Shown one piece after another: positions 26,125 to 35,367 of a stretch of 64,000 bases of DNA. The stretch comes from Betaproteobacteria bacterium. GTDB taxonomy: Bacteria; Pseudomonadota; Gammaproteobacteria; Burkholderiales; Burkholderiaceae_E. The translations under genes and the position numbers were made by a program. The notes under the pieces were generated by a model. That model was not told the DNA's origin. It did no database searches and was given only the letters and a program-made list of their open reading frames with translations. How positions within the stretch are numbered: position 1 is the stretch's first letter; each line of letters starts with the position of its first letter. The stretch lies in contig JAYWIG010000039.1 of NCBI GenBank assembly GCA_043789035.1, positions 2,434-66,433 of the forward strand, read 5' to 3'.

Positions 26125-27510
26125 ATGGTCTTTAGTTCAAATTTATTCCTATTTGCCTTTTTACCTCTGTTTTTGCTTTGTTACTACGCGGTGCCGTCAA
26201 AGTTTCGTTCGGCTCAGATCCTACTCTTTAGCTATGTATTTTATGCTTGGTGGCGCCCCGATTTCCTTTTTCTACTTATGGGAGTATCGGCCGGCACTTA
26301 CGCATTTGCTTTAGCTATTAACGCTACTGTCGATGAGACAAAGCGCTATCGCTTGCTCATCATAGCCGTGACTTTGAACTTAATGACTCTGGCCTACTTT
26401 AAGTATGCGAACTTTGGTGTTGAAAGCTTCAACACAGCATTGGCCGCCCTCGGTGTTAACAAGATACCGTTCACTCATGTCTTGTTACCAATTGGTTTGT
26501 CTTTCTATATATTTCACGCCATTAGTTACCTTGTTGACATCTACCGGAAAGAGGCGCCTCCGGCGAGAAATCTTATCGATTTTGCCGCCTTCATCGCACT
26601 TTTTCCGCATCTAGTAGCGGGCCCGGTTCTTCGATATCACTTACTCGCGGAGCAATTCAAGAGTCGAGTTCATTCCATCGATCAATTCGCACGCGGATGC
26701 GTTATCTTTATGGTCGGCTTTTGCATGAAGGTGTTGATTGCGGATTCAGTCGCCCCCCTAGCCGATGCAGCCTTCACCGCCGCCAACCCTAGTTTTATCG
26801 ATGCCTGGCTAGGTACATTTGCTTACACGATTCAGCTATTCTTCGATTTCAGTGGTTACTCATCTATGGCGGTAGGCCTAGCTTTGATGATCGGATTCAA
26901 ATTTCCCGAAAACTTTAACGACCCCTATCTTTCGGTTTCGATAACGGACTTTTGGAAGCGCTGGCATATGTCGCTTTCGAACTGGTTACGTGAATATCTC
27001 TATATTCCATTAGGGGGCAATCGAAAAGGGGTATGGCGTACTTACCTTAACCTATTTCTCACTATGTTGCTTGGGGGTATATGGCATGGCGCTAACTGGA
27101 CCTTCGTAGCCTGGGGAGCGTGGCATGGCGCGATTTTGGCCATTGAAAAATTCTACGGTGACAAATATGGGCCACTTCCAATTCCTCGATGGTTACGAAT
27201 CGCGAAAACAATGTTGCTCGTCATGATCGGCTGGGTGTTTTTCAGAGCAGAAAGCCTTACAGATGCATGGCGTATGTTCAAGGCTATGCTCGGCTTAAGT
27301 GGTGTTGGTTTAAGCCCATCAATACTGTGGCAAATTAACTCCGACGCGCTTTGGGTACTTCTCATAGGGGCGGTGATGGTCTATGCGTTGCCAGTCATTC
27401 GTCGCTACGCGCATACCCCAATCCGCTTTTTGCTGATTCCTTTGTTCCTATGGGCGCTGACAACACTGTCCGCGCAATCGTTCACCCCGTTCCTTTACTT
27501 CCAGTTTTAA
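26125..27510 (+). CDS. algI: MBOAT-family polysaccharide O-acetyltransferase (AlgI/WssH-like)
   Basis: 461 aa and polytopic. It carries the MBOAT signature FWKRWHMSLSNWLREYLYIPLGGNR and GGIWHGANW. Confidence 0.9.
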   Translation: MVFSSNLFLFAFLPLFLLCYYAVPSKFRSAQILLFSYVFYAWWRPDFLFLLMGVSAGTYAFALAINATVDETKRYRLLIIAVTLNLMTLAYFKYANFGVESFNTALAALGVNKIPFTHVLLPIGLSFYIFHAISYLVDIYRKEAPPARNLIDFAAFIALFPHLVAGPVLRYHLLAEQFKSRVHSIDQFARGCVIFMVGFCMKVLIADSVAPLADAAFTAANPSFIDAWLGTFAYTIQLFFDFSGYSSMAVGLALMIGFKFPENFNDPYLSVSITDFWKRWHMSLSNWLREYLYIPLGGNRKGVWRTYLNLFLTMLLGGIWHGANWTFVAWGAWHGAILAIEKFYGDKYGPLPIPRWLRIAKTMLLVMIGWVFFRAESLTDAWRMFKAMLGLSGVGLSPSILWQINSDALWVLLIGAVMVYALPVIRRYAHTPIRFLLIPLFLWALTTLSAQSFTPFLYFQF

Positions 27511-27536
27511 CTTAAAGTGCGCGAAATACACCCGAA

Positions 27537-28694
27537 ATGAATACGCCAACTCAAGCTACACCCAAGCACACGCTTTTATGCGCAAGCGTCTTTAGCGGAT
27601 TAATGGTGTTTGGCAGCTATCAAATTATGTTGTCTGCAACAAATCCCACAGGCTTAGAGTATCCAAGGACCTTCAAAGCATTCCAGGTTGGGGAGCTTAC
27701 TCAAGGACTGGAAAAACAACTCGACTTAAAACTTCCTATTCGATCAACCTTGATTGCCCTTGCCAACACCATTCGGTATCAACTATTCGGTGGGGCAGGC
27801 GATCAGGTAAGAACGGGCAAGGATAACTGGCTTTTTATTGCAGACGAACTGAAGTATGAAGGGCCTCGCGCCCATAGTAAATCGACTGTAGATACTGCGG
27901 CGGCCTTACAAACAAGAGTTGGGTTAATTACTGATTTATCTAAACAGCTAGAAGCTCAGGGCGTCAAACTTGTCGTAGCACTGGTACCAGATAAGGCTAG
28001 GATTTATGCAGATCAGCTCAAAAATGCAGACTACCCTGCTTATAACCAAGGGCGGTACAAATCGGCTTTGGACGGTTTAAAGAGCAATGGCGTTACGACC
28101 GTAGATCTATTCGCAGTTTTAGCACCGGCCGCCAAACAAGGTGAAATTTACTACCGCACAGATACACATTGGAATCAAAAAGGTGCAGTATTGGCAGCCA
28201 AGGAAATTGCTTCGGTTGTACAAAGCTTGAAGCTTGATTTACAGAAAACCACATTTACAACACAAGCTGCGGCTCAGTCCGAAGAGCGGCCTGGCGACTT
28301 AATTCGCTTAATGGGGTTGGAGTTCGTGTCCAATCGACTTAGACCTAAATCAGACCAAGAAAGCATTGAAATAACGGTCGAGGTCATCGAGAAAGGCGCA
28401 GCGCCAAAGTCGGTCGGTTTATTCGATGACACTAGCGTGCCAGTAGCATTAGTCGGAACATCTTACTCGCTCAGAGCCAATTTCCACGGCAGACTTCAAG
28501 AATTTATGTCGGTTAAGGTACTCAACACAGCGAAGGATGGTGGAGGTTTTCTGCAAGCCATGACTGCGTACTTAAAGGACGATGCTTTTCGCACCGCCAA
28601 ACCAAGGGTTCTCATCTGGGAGATCCCCGAGAGAATGCTACAGAGCCCTCTTCGCGATGAAAAGGGCTGGCTAGAGAAGAATTTACTTCAATGA
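27537..28694 (+). CDS. AlgJ/WssI-like membrane-anchored SGNH-type O-acetyltransferase
   Basis: It has an N-terminal TM anchor, then LVVALVPDK, YYRTDTHWNQKGA (D-x-H) and LVGTSYS (Ser). Confidence 0.8.
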   Translation: MNTPTQATPKHTLLCASVFSGLMVFGSYQIMLSATNPTGLEYPRTFKAFQVGELTQGLEKQLDLKLPIRSTLIALANTIRYQLFGGAGDQVRTGKDNWLFIADELKYEGPRAHSKSTVDTAAALQTRVGLITDLSKQLEAQGVKLVVALVPDKARIYADQLKNADYPAYNQGRYKSALDGLKSNGVTTVDLFAVLAPAAKQGEIYYRTDTHWNQKGAVLAAKEIASVVQSLKLDLQKTTFTTQAAAQSEERPGDLIRLMGLEFVSNRLRPKSDQESIEITVEVIEKGAAPKSVGLFDDTSVPVALVGTSYSLRANFHGRLQEFMSVKVLNTAKDGGGFLQAMTAYLKDDAFRTAKPRVLIWEIPERMLQSPLRDEKGWLEKNLLQ

Positions 28695-29687
28695 GGCAGT
28701 AATGCGATCTAACCAAGCAGTGTTCTCAATCTGATAACGTGGGTCACGAAACTTGTAGTTAGGAGGCGAACGGAACTCGCGCTCTGGAATTTCCCAAATA
28801 ATCAATTTGGGCTTGCGTGTTTTGAACGCGTCGTCTTTGAGGTAGTTATCCATGCCTACCCAAGGCCCTTGATCTACTGGGATAGAAATATCAAGTACCT
28901 CGCGTTGCAGCATAAAACGAATTGCATCCGGGTATGAAGTGTTTTTGTTTGAAAAACTACTGCCAATTACAGTAATACCTACTTTATCATCACCGAGCAA
29001 ACCAGCTTGAGACTCTTTTACGCGTACCGCTTTAAACTGCATCGCCTGCTCAATAGGGTAGCTTTGGGCATTGACGGGCAACAAACGAACTAAGTCACGA
29101 GCGCGTTGATTAACCTTCGCCTTACTCCAGTTACCTTCAAATTTCTCTTCTGGCGTTGCCGCTAATGCTGCTTTTAGAGTTGGGTGTGCGTCGATCGCAG
29201 CCTTAATTGTTTCAGCGGCAAGCATGGAGCCAGTATGCGACCAATGCGTATCGAGGCGTAAAAATAGCGGTGTGTCGCTATTGCGATGAGGACTACTCAT
29301 AAACACCGAATTTAAGTTCACAACATTTACACCACTCGCAGAGAGGCTTTTTACAATATTGTCATATTTGCCATTGGTGTAGCTGTCTAACGGCTTATTG
29401 CTAGGTAGCTGTTCCGAATGAATACGAATTTTTGATGGGACAATGACTACAGCAAGCGCAACACTATTACTCTGCAAAAGCTTGTTTGTTTTATCGAGAA
29501 GCGCAATGGTTGACTGTGTATCACCTGCATCACTTTGATCAGCAAACTCATATTTTGTAAACAGCCAGTCATTGTTTTTTCCAACAACAACCGTCGACTC
29601 GTCTTGCGCAGATGCGGTGCCAAGTGCAAGTAAATTTGCGGTTGCTACAGCTAAAAACGCCTTATTAAAACCACGTTTGTTCATCAA
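28683..29687 (-). CDS. Periplasmic AlgX/AlgJ-like SGNH-type O-acetyltransferase (no CBM)
   Basis: It has a cleavable signal peptide, then LAVVIVPSK, LRLDTHWSHTGS and VIGSSFS. Its 3' end overlaps the convergent 27537-28694 gene by 12 nt. Confidence 0.75.
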   Translation of the reverse strand: MMNKRGFNKAFLAVATANLLALGTASAQDESTVVVGKNNDWLFTKYEFADQSDAGDTQSTIALLDKTNKLLQSNSVALAVVIVPSKIRIHSEQLPSNKPLDSYTNGKYDNIVKSLSASGVNVVNLNSVFMSSPHRNSDTPLFLRLDTHWSHTGSMLAAETIKAAIDAHPTLKAALAATPEEKFEGNWSKAKVNQRARDLVRLLPVNAQSYPIEQAMQFKAVRVKESQAGLLGDDKVGITVIGSSFSNKNTSYPDAIRFMLQREVLDISIPVDQGPWVGMDNYLKDDAFKTRKPKLIIWEIPEREFRSPPNYKFRDPRYQIENTAWLDRITASLK

Positions 29688-29727
29688 TCAATCCTTCGAA
29701 AGAAAATATAAGTAAGAAAATAGGAAA

Positions 29728-30459
29728 CTACTTACCTGTGTAGCGTTCAGTTCTGTTTTGTACGGACTTAGCAGTCAACATACCTTTTTCATTTGGCATC
29801 AAAAACAAGCTGTAATTCGCACCGGCAGCCATTGCAAGTCTGATCCTCGGCGCATTCGCAGCAACCGTTTCCTCTGAAGATTTCGCCGCAATCAGCTCAA
29901 CAGAAATTGGATTCACTTGGATTGAGTTGGATGTGCCGTAGCCCAAATTGGTGAAAACTTTAGTGCCTCCGTCTACAGTCATGACATTCAAAGGCCCAGA
30001 TTTGCCATCGAGGTGATAAGCCGCAACCAGCGACTTCAACTTATTTGTATTTGCTTTGTCTTCGAAAATCGCCGGAGCTGCACCAGACTTGCTGGAAAAA
30101 AATGCCACCGTCATCGCCTTGCCAGGAACCACATCAAATACATGGGACGTCAATACTGTTGATTTCGATGCAGCATGCAAGGCAATAGTATGTTTACCAG
30201 CGGTAAGCACCATGTAGTCGCTGACCTCACCGGCACCGATCTTTAACGCCTTCGGCTTACCGTCGATGAAAATATCAAAGGGGGCATCAGTATTGACGAC
30301 TAGCACTCGAACATAGGCGGAATCCGCCGGAGGTTCGGGATCGTATAGGAGCCCCGCCGGTTGAGCAATACCAGCAACAGGATGTATTAAAAGCTGCGCA
30401 GTGACAAGGCCAGTCAAACCTTGTAATGCACTTCGCCTCGACGAAAAGAAACGATTCAT
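29728..30459 (-). CDS. AlgF/WssG-like periplasmic acetylation protein
   Basis: The likely start MNRFFSSRRSALQG has a Tat-like RR. LLYDPEPPADSAYVRVLVVN, a two-domain beta-rich pattern and VNPISVELIAA parallel P. aeruginosa AlgF (ALYGPSAPKGSTFVRLYNAS, INPVKVNLALF, from memory). Confidence 0.65.
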   Translation of the reverse strand: MNRFFSSRRSALQGLTGLVTAQLLIHPVAGIAQPAGLLYDPEPPADSAYVRVLVVNTDAPFDIFIDGKPKALKIGAGEVSDYMVLTAGKHTIALHAASKSTVLTSHVFDVVPGKAMTVAFFSSKSGAAPAIFEDKANTNKLKSLVAAYHLDGKSGPLNVMTVDGGTKVFTNLGYGTSNSIQVNPISVELIAAKSSEETVAANAPRIRLAMAAGANYSLFLMPNEKGMLTAKSVQNRTERYTGK

Positions 30460-30777
30460 AAAGCCTCCTTCGAAGCACGACAACTAAATCGTGCCAACGT
30501 AAATACAGTCTAGGGCATTGCCTACCTAGATAGGATCGCTAAGGCTAAGAATGTACAGCGCAAAGGTCAAAGTGCTTACGACTACCGGCCTAATTTTCAG
30601 GCCCAAAGGAGACGGGGTAATGCAGATACACGATTCGCAATTGCAAAACAAGCAACAAGTAAAGAACTTTAGGTTGGATTTTTCCGCTGATCGAATTTTC
30701 TCGACCGTCCAATCATTTACTTCGTTCAACCGGACAATGAGCTGCGGATAATTGCGTGAAACTGAAGTTAAAGACGG

Positions 30778-32253
30778 ATGAAAACAGATACTCATACAAA
30801 TCAGCAACCGGCGACTCCAGCAACCGAACGAAGGAAGATCGTAGCGTCGATTTTTTCCGTCAGCTTAGGCGTAGCCGGAATGCGCGACGTAACTGCCGAT
30901 ATGGCCAGCGGCGGTATGTACGCGGTACATGTAAAAACTTCATCAGCGAGATTTGCCTTACTTGCGAGTAGCTTACAAAGCGCACTTGCTACCGGTCTGC
31001 CATGCACCATCATTACTGGTTCGGCACCAGAAGATGTACTACTGCGTTTAGAACAGTGTGGGGGTTTCTCAGTTGCAGAACTGCTTAAAAACAATCAGTT
31101 GGCAGTCTTTAGCAGTCAGGATGAATTCTCAAAAAACATGTTTCGCTATGGGGCGGAACGTTTACTTCGCGAGCTTGAAAGCGCAGGCGTCCCTGCAAGA
31201 AGTTTCCTAATTTTTGACCAAGCAGATGAGCTCTTAAGTCTGCACGACCTATTCTTAGCCTCTCAGCAAATCAAGTTAATTTCAGCGTGGTTTCGTTCAA
31301 GACAGGTCACTGCACTCATTACATTTTGCCGCTCTAATGAGCAACGAATAGAAGCTTTAAACGCGTTACTTGATGATCTTTCTGGCCTAGCACGCTTAGG
31401 TGGTGACAAAGATGGCATTGAACTAACATTTACCTATTGGCGCTCATCAGTCGAGATTATCGCGGCACGCAACTTTAGGCTTTATGTAGAAGCACTCGGA
31501 AACTATGCAGTTTCACGGCGTAGTGCCGAAAGAGCGGTCGTTGTCGAGAACACTGCACAGACCGACGAAGACGTAGTGCAACCCATGCTTGGACTTGCAG
31601 ATCTAACGCTTCCTGATGCAACTGCAGGCATAACGAGCTCGGAACGCGCAAAGCCATTTGATGATTTGCCGCATTATGTTTACACCGATCCTGATCTCGA
31701 TATACTTAAATCTAGTATTGATGGGCACTTACATAGAGTAGAAAGTTTGATTGACGTTTTGCACGCCTGCCTTGGGCGATCAAAATCGGTGATTATTCTT
31801 TCAGTCGATGAGCGGACTGACTTAAAAGAGTTGGCTAAAACAACTCACCTCTTGCGAAAAAGCCTAGGCCCAACCTCCCAGATCATTGTCCGTGAAAAAG
31901 CCGTCTCCATTACTCCCGAACTAAAGCAACTATTTACCCATTGCGGCGCAAACGCAATCATTAGCAAAGAAACCGAAATCAGCCAATACGCTACATTCTT
32001 GAATGCGGTACGGAATCAAATTTATTCGAAAGAAATCGAACCTCATTTCGAATCAATTTTCGCCAGAATTTCTCTAACTCAGAATTCGCCGATGATGCCC
32101 TTAGTACCCGGTTTTGGTAATCAGATTGAGCCAACTAAACTAAGCAATTCGTTCAGTTACAAGCCTTCACAATCAGTGCAAACAAGCGCGCATCCCATTG
32201 CCAAAAAAGCCATTGAAAAGGCCAAGAGGAGCGCAATTTCGGCGATTAACTAG
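30778..32253 (+). CDS. BcsE-like protein (N-terminal and REC*-like domains only; GIL/GGDEF* domain missing)
   Basis: IFSVSLGVAGMRDV...ASGGMYAVHV parallels E. coli BcsE VFSIGISSLWDEL..PAGGVWWFNV. LARLGGDKDGIELTFTYWRS parallels LASLRFQGDQHLLDIAFWCN. HLLRKSLGPTSQIIVREKAVSITPELKQLFTHCGANAIIS parallels HTLRRQRGSAMKILVRENTASLRATDERLLLACGANMVIP. Only ~80 low-complexity residues follow. Confidence 0.6.
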   Translation: MKTDTHTNQQPATPATERRKIVASIFSVSLGVAGMRDVTADMASGGMYAVHVKTSSARFALLASSLQSALATGLPCTIITGSAPEDVLLRLEQCGGFSVAELLKNNQLAVFSSQDEFSKNMFRYGAERLLRELESAGVPARSFLIFDQADELLSLHDLFLASQQIKLISAWFRSRQVTALITFCRSNEQRIEALNALLDDLSGLARLGGDKDGIELTFTYWRSSVEIIAARNFRLYVEALGNYAVSRRSAERAVVVENTAQTDEDVVQPMLGLADLTLPDATAGITSSERAKPFDDLPHYVYTDPDLDILKSSIDGHLHRVESLIDVLHACLGRSKSVIILSVDERTDLKELAKTTHLLRKSLGPTSQIIVREKAVSITPELKQLFTHCGANAIISKETEISQYATFLNAVRNQIYSKEIEPHFESIFARISLTQNSPMMPLVPGFGNQIEPTKLSNSFSYKPSQSVQTSAHPIAKKAIEKAKRSAISAIN

Positions 32254-32391
32254 GCACGATTGTTATGCTCTGTGGTTTGGCAGCATCCGCTCAACCACTC
32301 ATCGCCCACTTCTAACCATCCGTTATTTGAGCTAAATGGTTGCTGAACAGGCCACGTATGCTTGGAGTACTTATAAATATATGGTTCGAAA

Positions 32392-33795
32392 ATGACCAAG
32401 TTCCTCAGCCAAACCGAAAAAAATTTAAGCAGTCGTGCATGCTTGTTTGTCGTTTCGCTTGTGGTGTCGATCAGCTCGAATAACGCGATTGCGTCGGGAC
32501 CGGCAGCCCAACAACCATTATCACAGGCAAGCACCACTGATGGTGCAATTCCCTTAGCACCGTTTCAGTACATTCCAAGCCCACGCTGGAAAGAGCCCGA
32601 CGTCTCTGAAACGGCGAATCGTACACCAGCACAGCAAAAAGTTGCCGAGCTTTATAAGCAAGGTAACTATTCAAAAGCTGCTACGGAAGGCATGCTTTTA
32701 CTGACTAAAGAAAAGGTTGACGACTTACTGCAACTTTCCATTGCGAACAGCCTCGCGTGGGTGGGTCGCACGAAAGAAGCTGGTCAGCTCTATCGAGTTT
32801 TGCAGCCAAGCAAATACAAAACAGAAGCCCTGCTCGGCTTAGCCAACCTCCATCGTTGGCAAGGTCGCGATCATTTGGCCCTTCCGATGTATAAAGAAAT
32901 TCTTACGATAGAGCCTGAAAACAAAGACGCGATTGAAGGCCTAAGGCTAGCCACAAGAGAGGTGAGGCCACGCACAACTATTACCCTTGGTGCCCTACAC
33001 GATTCTTCTAACGTCGAGGTTCGTTCACTTAAACTAAACCATCGCTGGACAGACGAATCAATGGCCAATGTTTGGGAAATTGAAACTGGCACTTTACACA
33101 GTAAAGGCCCTACAGTTACCGTAAGCCGACCAAGTCTTACTGTTCGATTCAAGGCTCAGGAATCGATCTTTAAGCCTCGGCTAGAGCTAGGGTCTGATGG
33201 CAAAAACGTCTACGGCAATGTCGGGATTTCGCTCGGGGACTTACCCGTGTTAATCGATGTCGGACGAGTCAATTGGGGTGAAATCTCAAACAATCCAAGA
33301 GCCTTGGCCGCACAGCTAGCGGCAACGAGAGTTAGCGCTCAAATAAACACAAGTCTTGCCTCTGGCAACCTTTTCGCACGAGCGGAGGTTAATAACATTT
33401 CAGACGGCAACACAATTATCGCTAGCACCGTTCGATTTACGCCAGGCTGGCGGCCTCTAGGGCCATACCTAAAACCACTGATCGGCTTTGAAACCCGCGA
33501 CTCAAAACAGAGCAAACTTGAATACTGGTCACCTGCTGCCGGGTATGGCTCGGCATTCGCAGGCATTACTTTGGAAAGGCAAGAATCCGACTGGAACATC
33601 TCCGCCACAATTCAGGCTGGAACCCGGCTTTATGGCGAAGCTGGGAGCAGTTGGAGCGCTTCTATGGGTGGTAAGTATTGGATGAACAAGGACTGGGCCC
33701 TAGGCTTAAGGTTATGGTCTATGGCTAGCCAGCGTGACCTACAACGTTACCGAGCCACTTCTGCTTTTGCGACCGTAGAAAAGCTGTGGGATTAA
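32392..33795 (+). CDS. Outer-membrane TPR plus beta-barrel export porin (PgaA/BcsC-like, short)
   Basis: It has a signal peptide and TPR-like repeats (AELYKQGNYSKAATEGMLLL; LGLANLHRWQGRDHLALPMYKEILTIEPENKDAIEGL). The following ~290 aa show an alternating-hydrophobic, Gly/aromatic-rich strand pattern. Confidence 0.5.
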   Translation: MTKFLSQTEKNLSSRACLFVVSLVVSISSNNAIASGPAAQQPLSQASTTDGAIPLAPFQYIPSPRWKEPDVSETANRTPAQQKVAELYKQGNYSKAATEGMLLLTKEKVDDLLQLSIANSLAWVGRTKEAGQLYRVLQPSKYKTEALLGLANLHRWQGRDHLALPMYKEILTIEPENKDAIEGLRLATREVRPRTTITLGALHDSSNVEVRSLKLNHRWTDESMANVWEIETGTLHSKGPTVTVSRPSLTVRFKAQESIFKPRLELGSDGKNVYGNVGISLGDLPVLIDVGRVNWGEISNNPRALAAQLAATRVSAQINTSLASGNLFARAEVNNISDGNTIIASTVRFTPGWRPLGPYLKPLIGFETRDSKQSKLEYWSPAAGYGSAFAGITLERQESDWNISATIQAGTRLYGEAGSSWSASMGGKYWMNKDWALGLRLWSMASQRDLQRYRATSAFATVEKLWD

Positions 33796-35135
33796 AGAAG
33801 TATTACAAGTACATCATCAGTGGAGCTGTTCTAGGCACGCTGGCGATTCTGCTCAGCTTAAGTTATGAGTCCGTAGTTCAGTCAAAGGCATCATTTGCGC
33901 TTTTACTTGAAAACTATGTTCTGGCCGCAATTAGCCTTTATCTCATTGTATTTCTCGGGCTTTTAGTTCTTCGATACGCCGTGCTCATTCTTTATTCGTT
34001 TCTGGACCATCTCGAAGCGCTAAAAAGAGGGCCAATCATTTACTCCGAAAAAAAGGAGAGCTCTTTACCGATGGTAACTTTGGTAGTGCCAGCCTATAAC
34101 GAGGGAGTAGTAATTGAGGCCGCGATTAGATCCCTATTAAATCTTGACTATCCCAATTATGAAATTCTAGTCATTGACGACGGATCAACTGACGATACCT
34201 ATGAGAAGGCGCTCGCTGTTGCGAATACTTCTGCGCTGGTTTCCGTCCGAGTTATCACTAAGCGAAACGGCGGTAAGGCAGAAGCGCTCAACACCGGCAT
34301 GAGTGCTGCCCGGGGAGAGTTCATTCTCAACATGGACGGCGATTCAAAAATGTCGCGAAACGTTCTACGGGCTTGCATTAGACATTTCGACGATCCACGA
34401 ATTGGCGCGGTTGCCGGTAATGTCAAAGTGATCAACCGTGAAAACATTTGGTCAAACATCCAAGCACTCGAGTATGTTGAAGGCCTGGCAATGGCTCGCA
34501 AAGCCCAGAGTTTTATGCGAGCCGTAAACATCATTCCTGGCCCTTTGGGCATGTTCCGCAAAAGTGTCTTACAAGAAGTGGGCGGTTATGACCACGATAC
34601 TTTCGCGGAAGATTGCGATCTGACGCTAAAACTATTAGTTAGAGGTTGGCATATCGCCTATGAACCTGACGCGGTTGCCTGGGTAGAAACGCCTAGCAAG
34701 TTACTAGACTTATTAAAACAGCGCTATCGATGGACTCGCGGCATTCTTCAGGCAACATCGAAGCACAGCTCTGCACTGTGGCAACCCCGCAAGGCGGGGT
34801 TGAACTGTTTTATTCTTTGGTACATGCTATTTGAAGGCATCATGTGGCCTTTCTCAACGGTACTAGGCAATTTATTCTTTGCCTATGTGGGTTTGCAATA
34901 TGGCTTGGCAGTTCTACTATTTTATTGGTGGTTACAACTCACAGCGCTCGACGTTATTGCCGCAGCCTACTGTGTAATTATTGAAGACGAAGATCCAAAG
35001 CTTATTTACTACTCGATTATGTTCAGACTTTTTTACATCAACATTATTGACATCTCAAAAGTGTTCGCGACCATTGAAGAATGGCGGGGAAATGCAATGA
35101 CTTGGGGAAAACTCGATAGGGAAGGGAAGCTTTAA
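33786..35135 (+). CDS. Processive family-2 glycosyltransferase, PgaC/IcaA-like, all catalytic motifs intact
   Basis: Motifs LVVPAYNE, VIDDGSTDDT, NGGKAEALN, NMDGDS (DxD), AEDCDLTLKL and QRYRWTRG (QxxRW). TM helices flank the GT domain. The GTG start overlaps the porin gene by 10 nt. Confidence 0.9.
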   Translation: MGLKKYYKYIISGAVLGTLAILLSLSYESVVQSKASFALLLENYVLAAISLYLIVFLGLLVLRYAVLILYSFLDHLEALKRGPIIYSEKKESSLPMVTLVVPAYNEGVVIEAAIRSLLNLDYPNYEILVIDDGSTDDTYEKALAVANTSALVSVRVITKRNGGKAEALNTGMSAARGEFILNMDGDSKMSRNVLRACIRHFDDPRIGAVAGNVKVINRENIWSNIQALEYVEGLAMARKAQSFMRAVNIIPGPLGMFRKSVLQEVGGYDHDTFAEDCDLTLKLLVRGWHIAYEPDAVAWVETPSKLLDLLKQRYRWTRGILQATSKHSSALWQPRKAGLNCFILWYMLFEGIMWPFSTVLGNLFFAYVGLQYGLAVLLFYWWLQLTALDVIAAAYCVIIEDEDPKLIYYSIMFRLFYINIIDISKVFATIEEWRGNAMTWGKLDREGKL

Positions 35136-35136
35136 A

Positions 35137-35361
35137 TTGGATCTGATTTCGATACTAACGACAATTATTCTTGCCACCACTATTGGCACAATTATCGTTG
35201 GCATTGCTGCGTATGCAGCATTCAAACTACGCGACAAGCGTAAACCAAAAAAGAAAGTTTCCGCTGATGGAAGTAGCTCTAATGTTGAAGAAGCTGTATT
35301 TATCAAACGATACACGCCGGCCCCCGTCAATCAAGTCGCCACAGAAGCTCCCAAACCTTAA
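35137..35361 (+). CDS. Small single-pass membrane protein (BcsF/PgaD-like position)
   Basis: 74 aa with a TTG start 2 nt after the GT2 stop. It has one N-terminal TM (ILTTIILATTIGTIIVGIAAYAAF) followed by a basic KLRDKRKPKKK tail. No sequence-family assignment was possible. Confidence 0.4.
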   Translation: MDLISILTTIILATTIGTIIVGIAAYAAFKLRDKRKPKKKVSADGSSSNVEEAVFIKRYTPAPVNQVATEAPKP

Positions 35362-35367
35362 ATTGCA

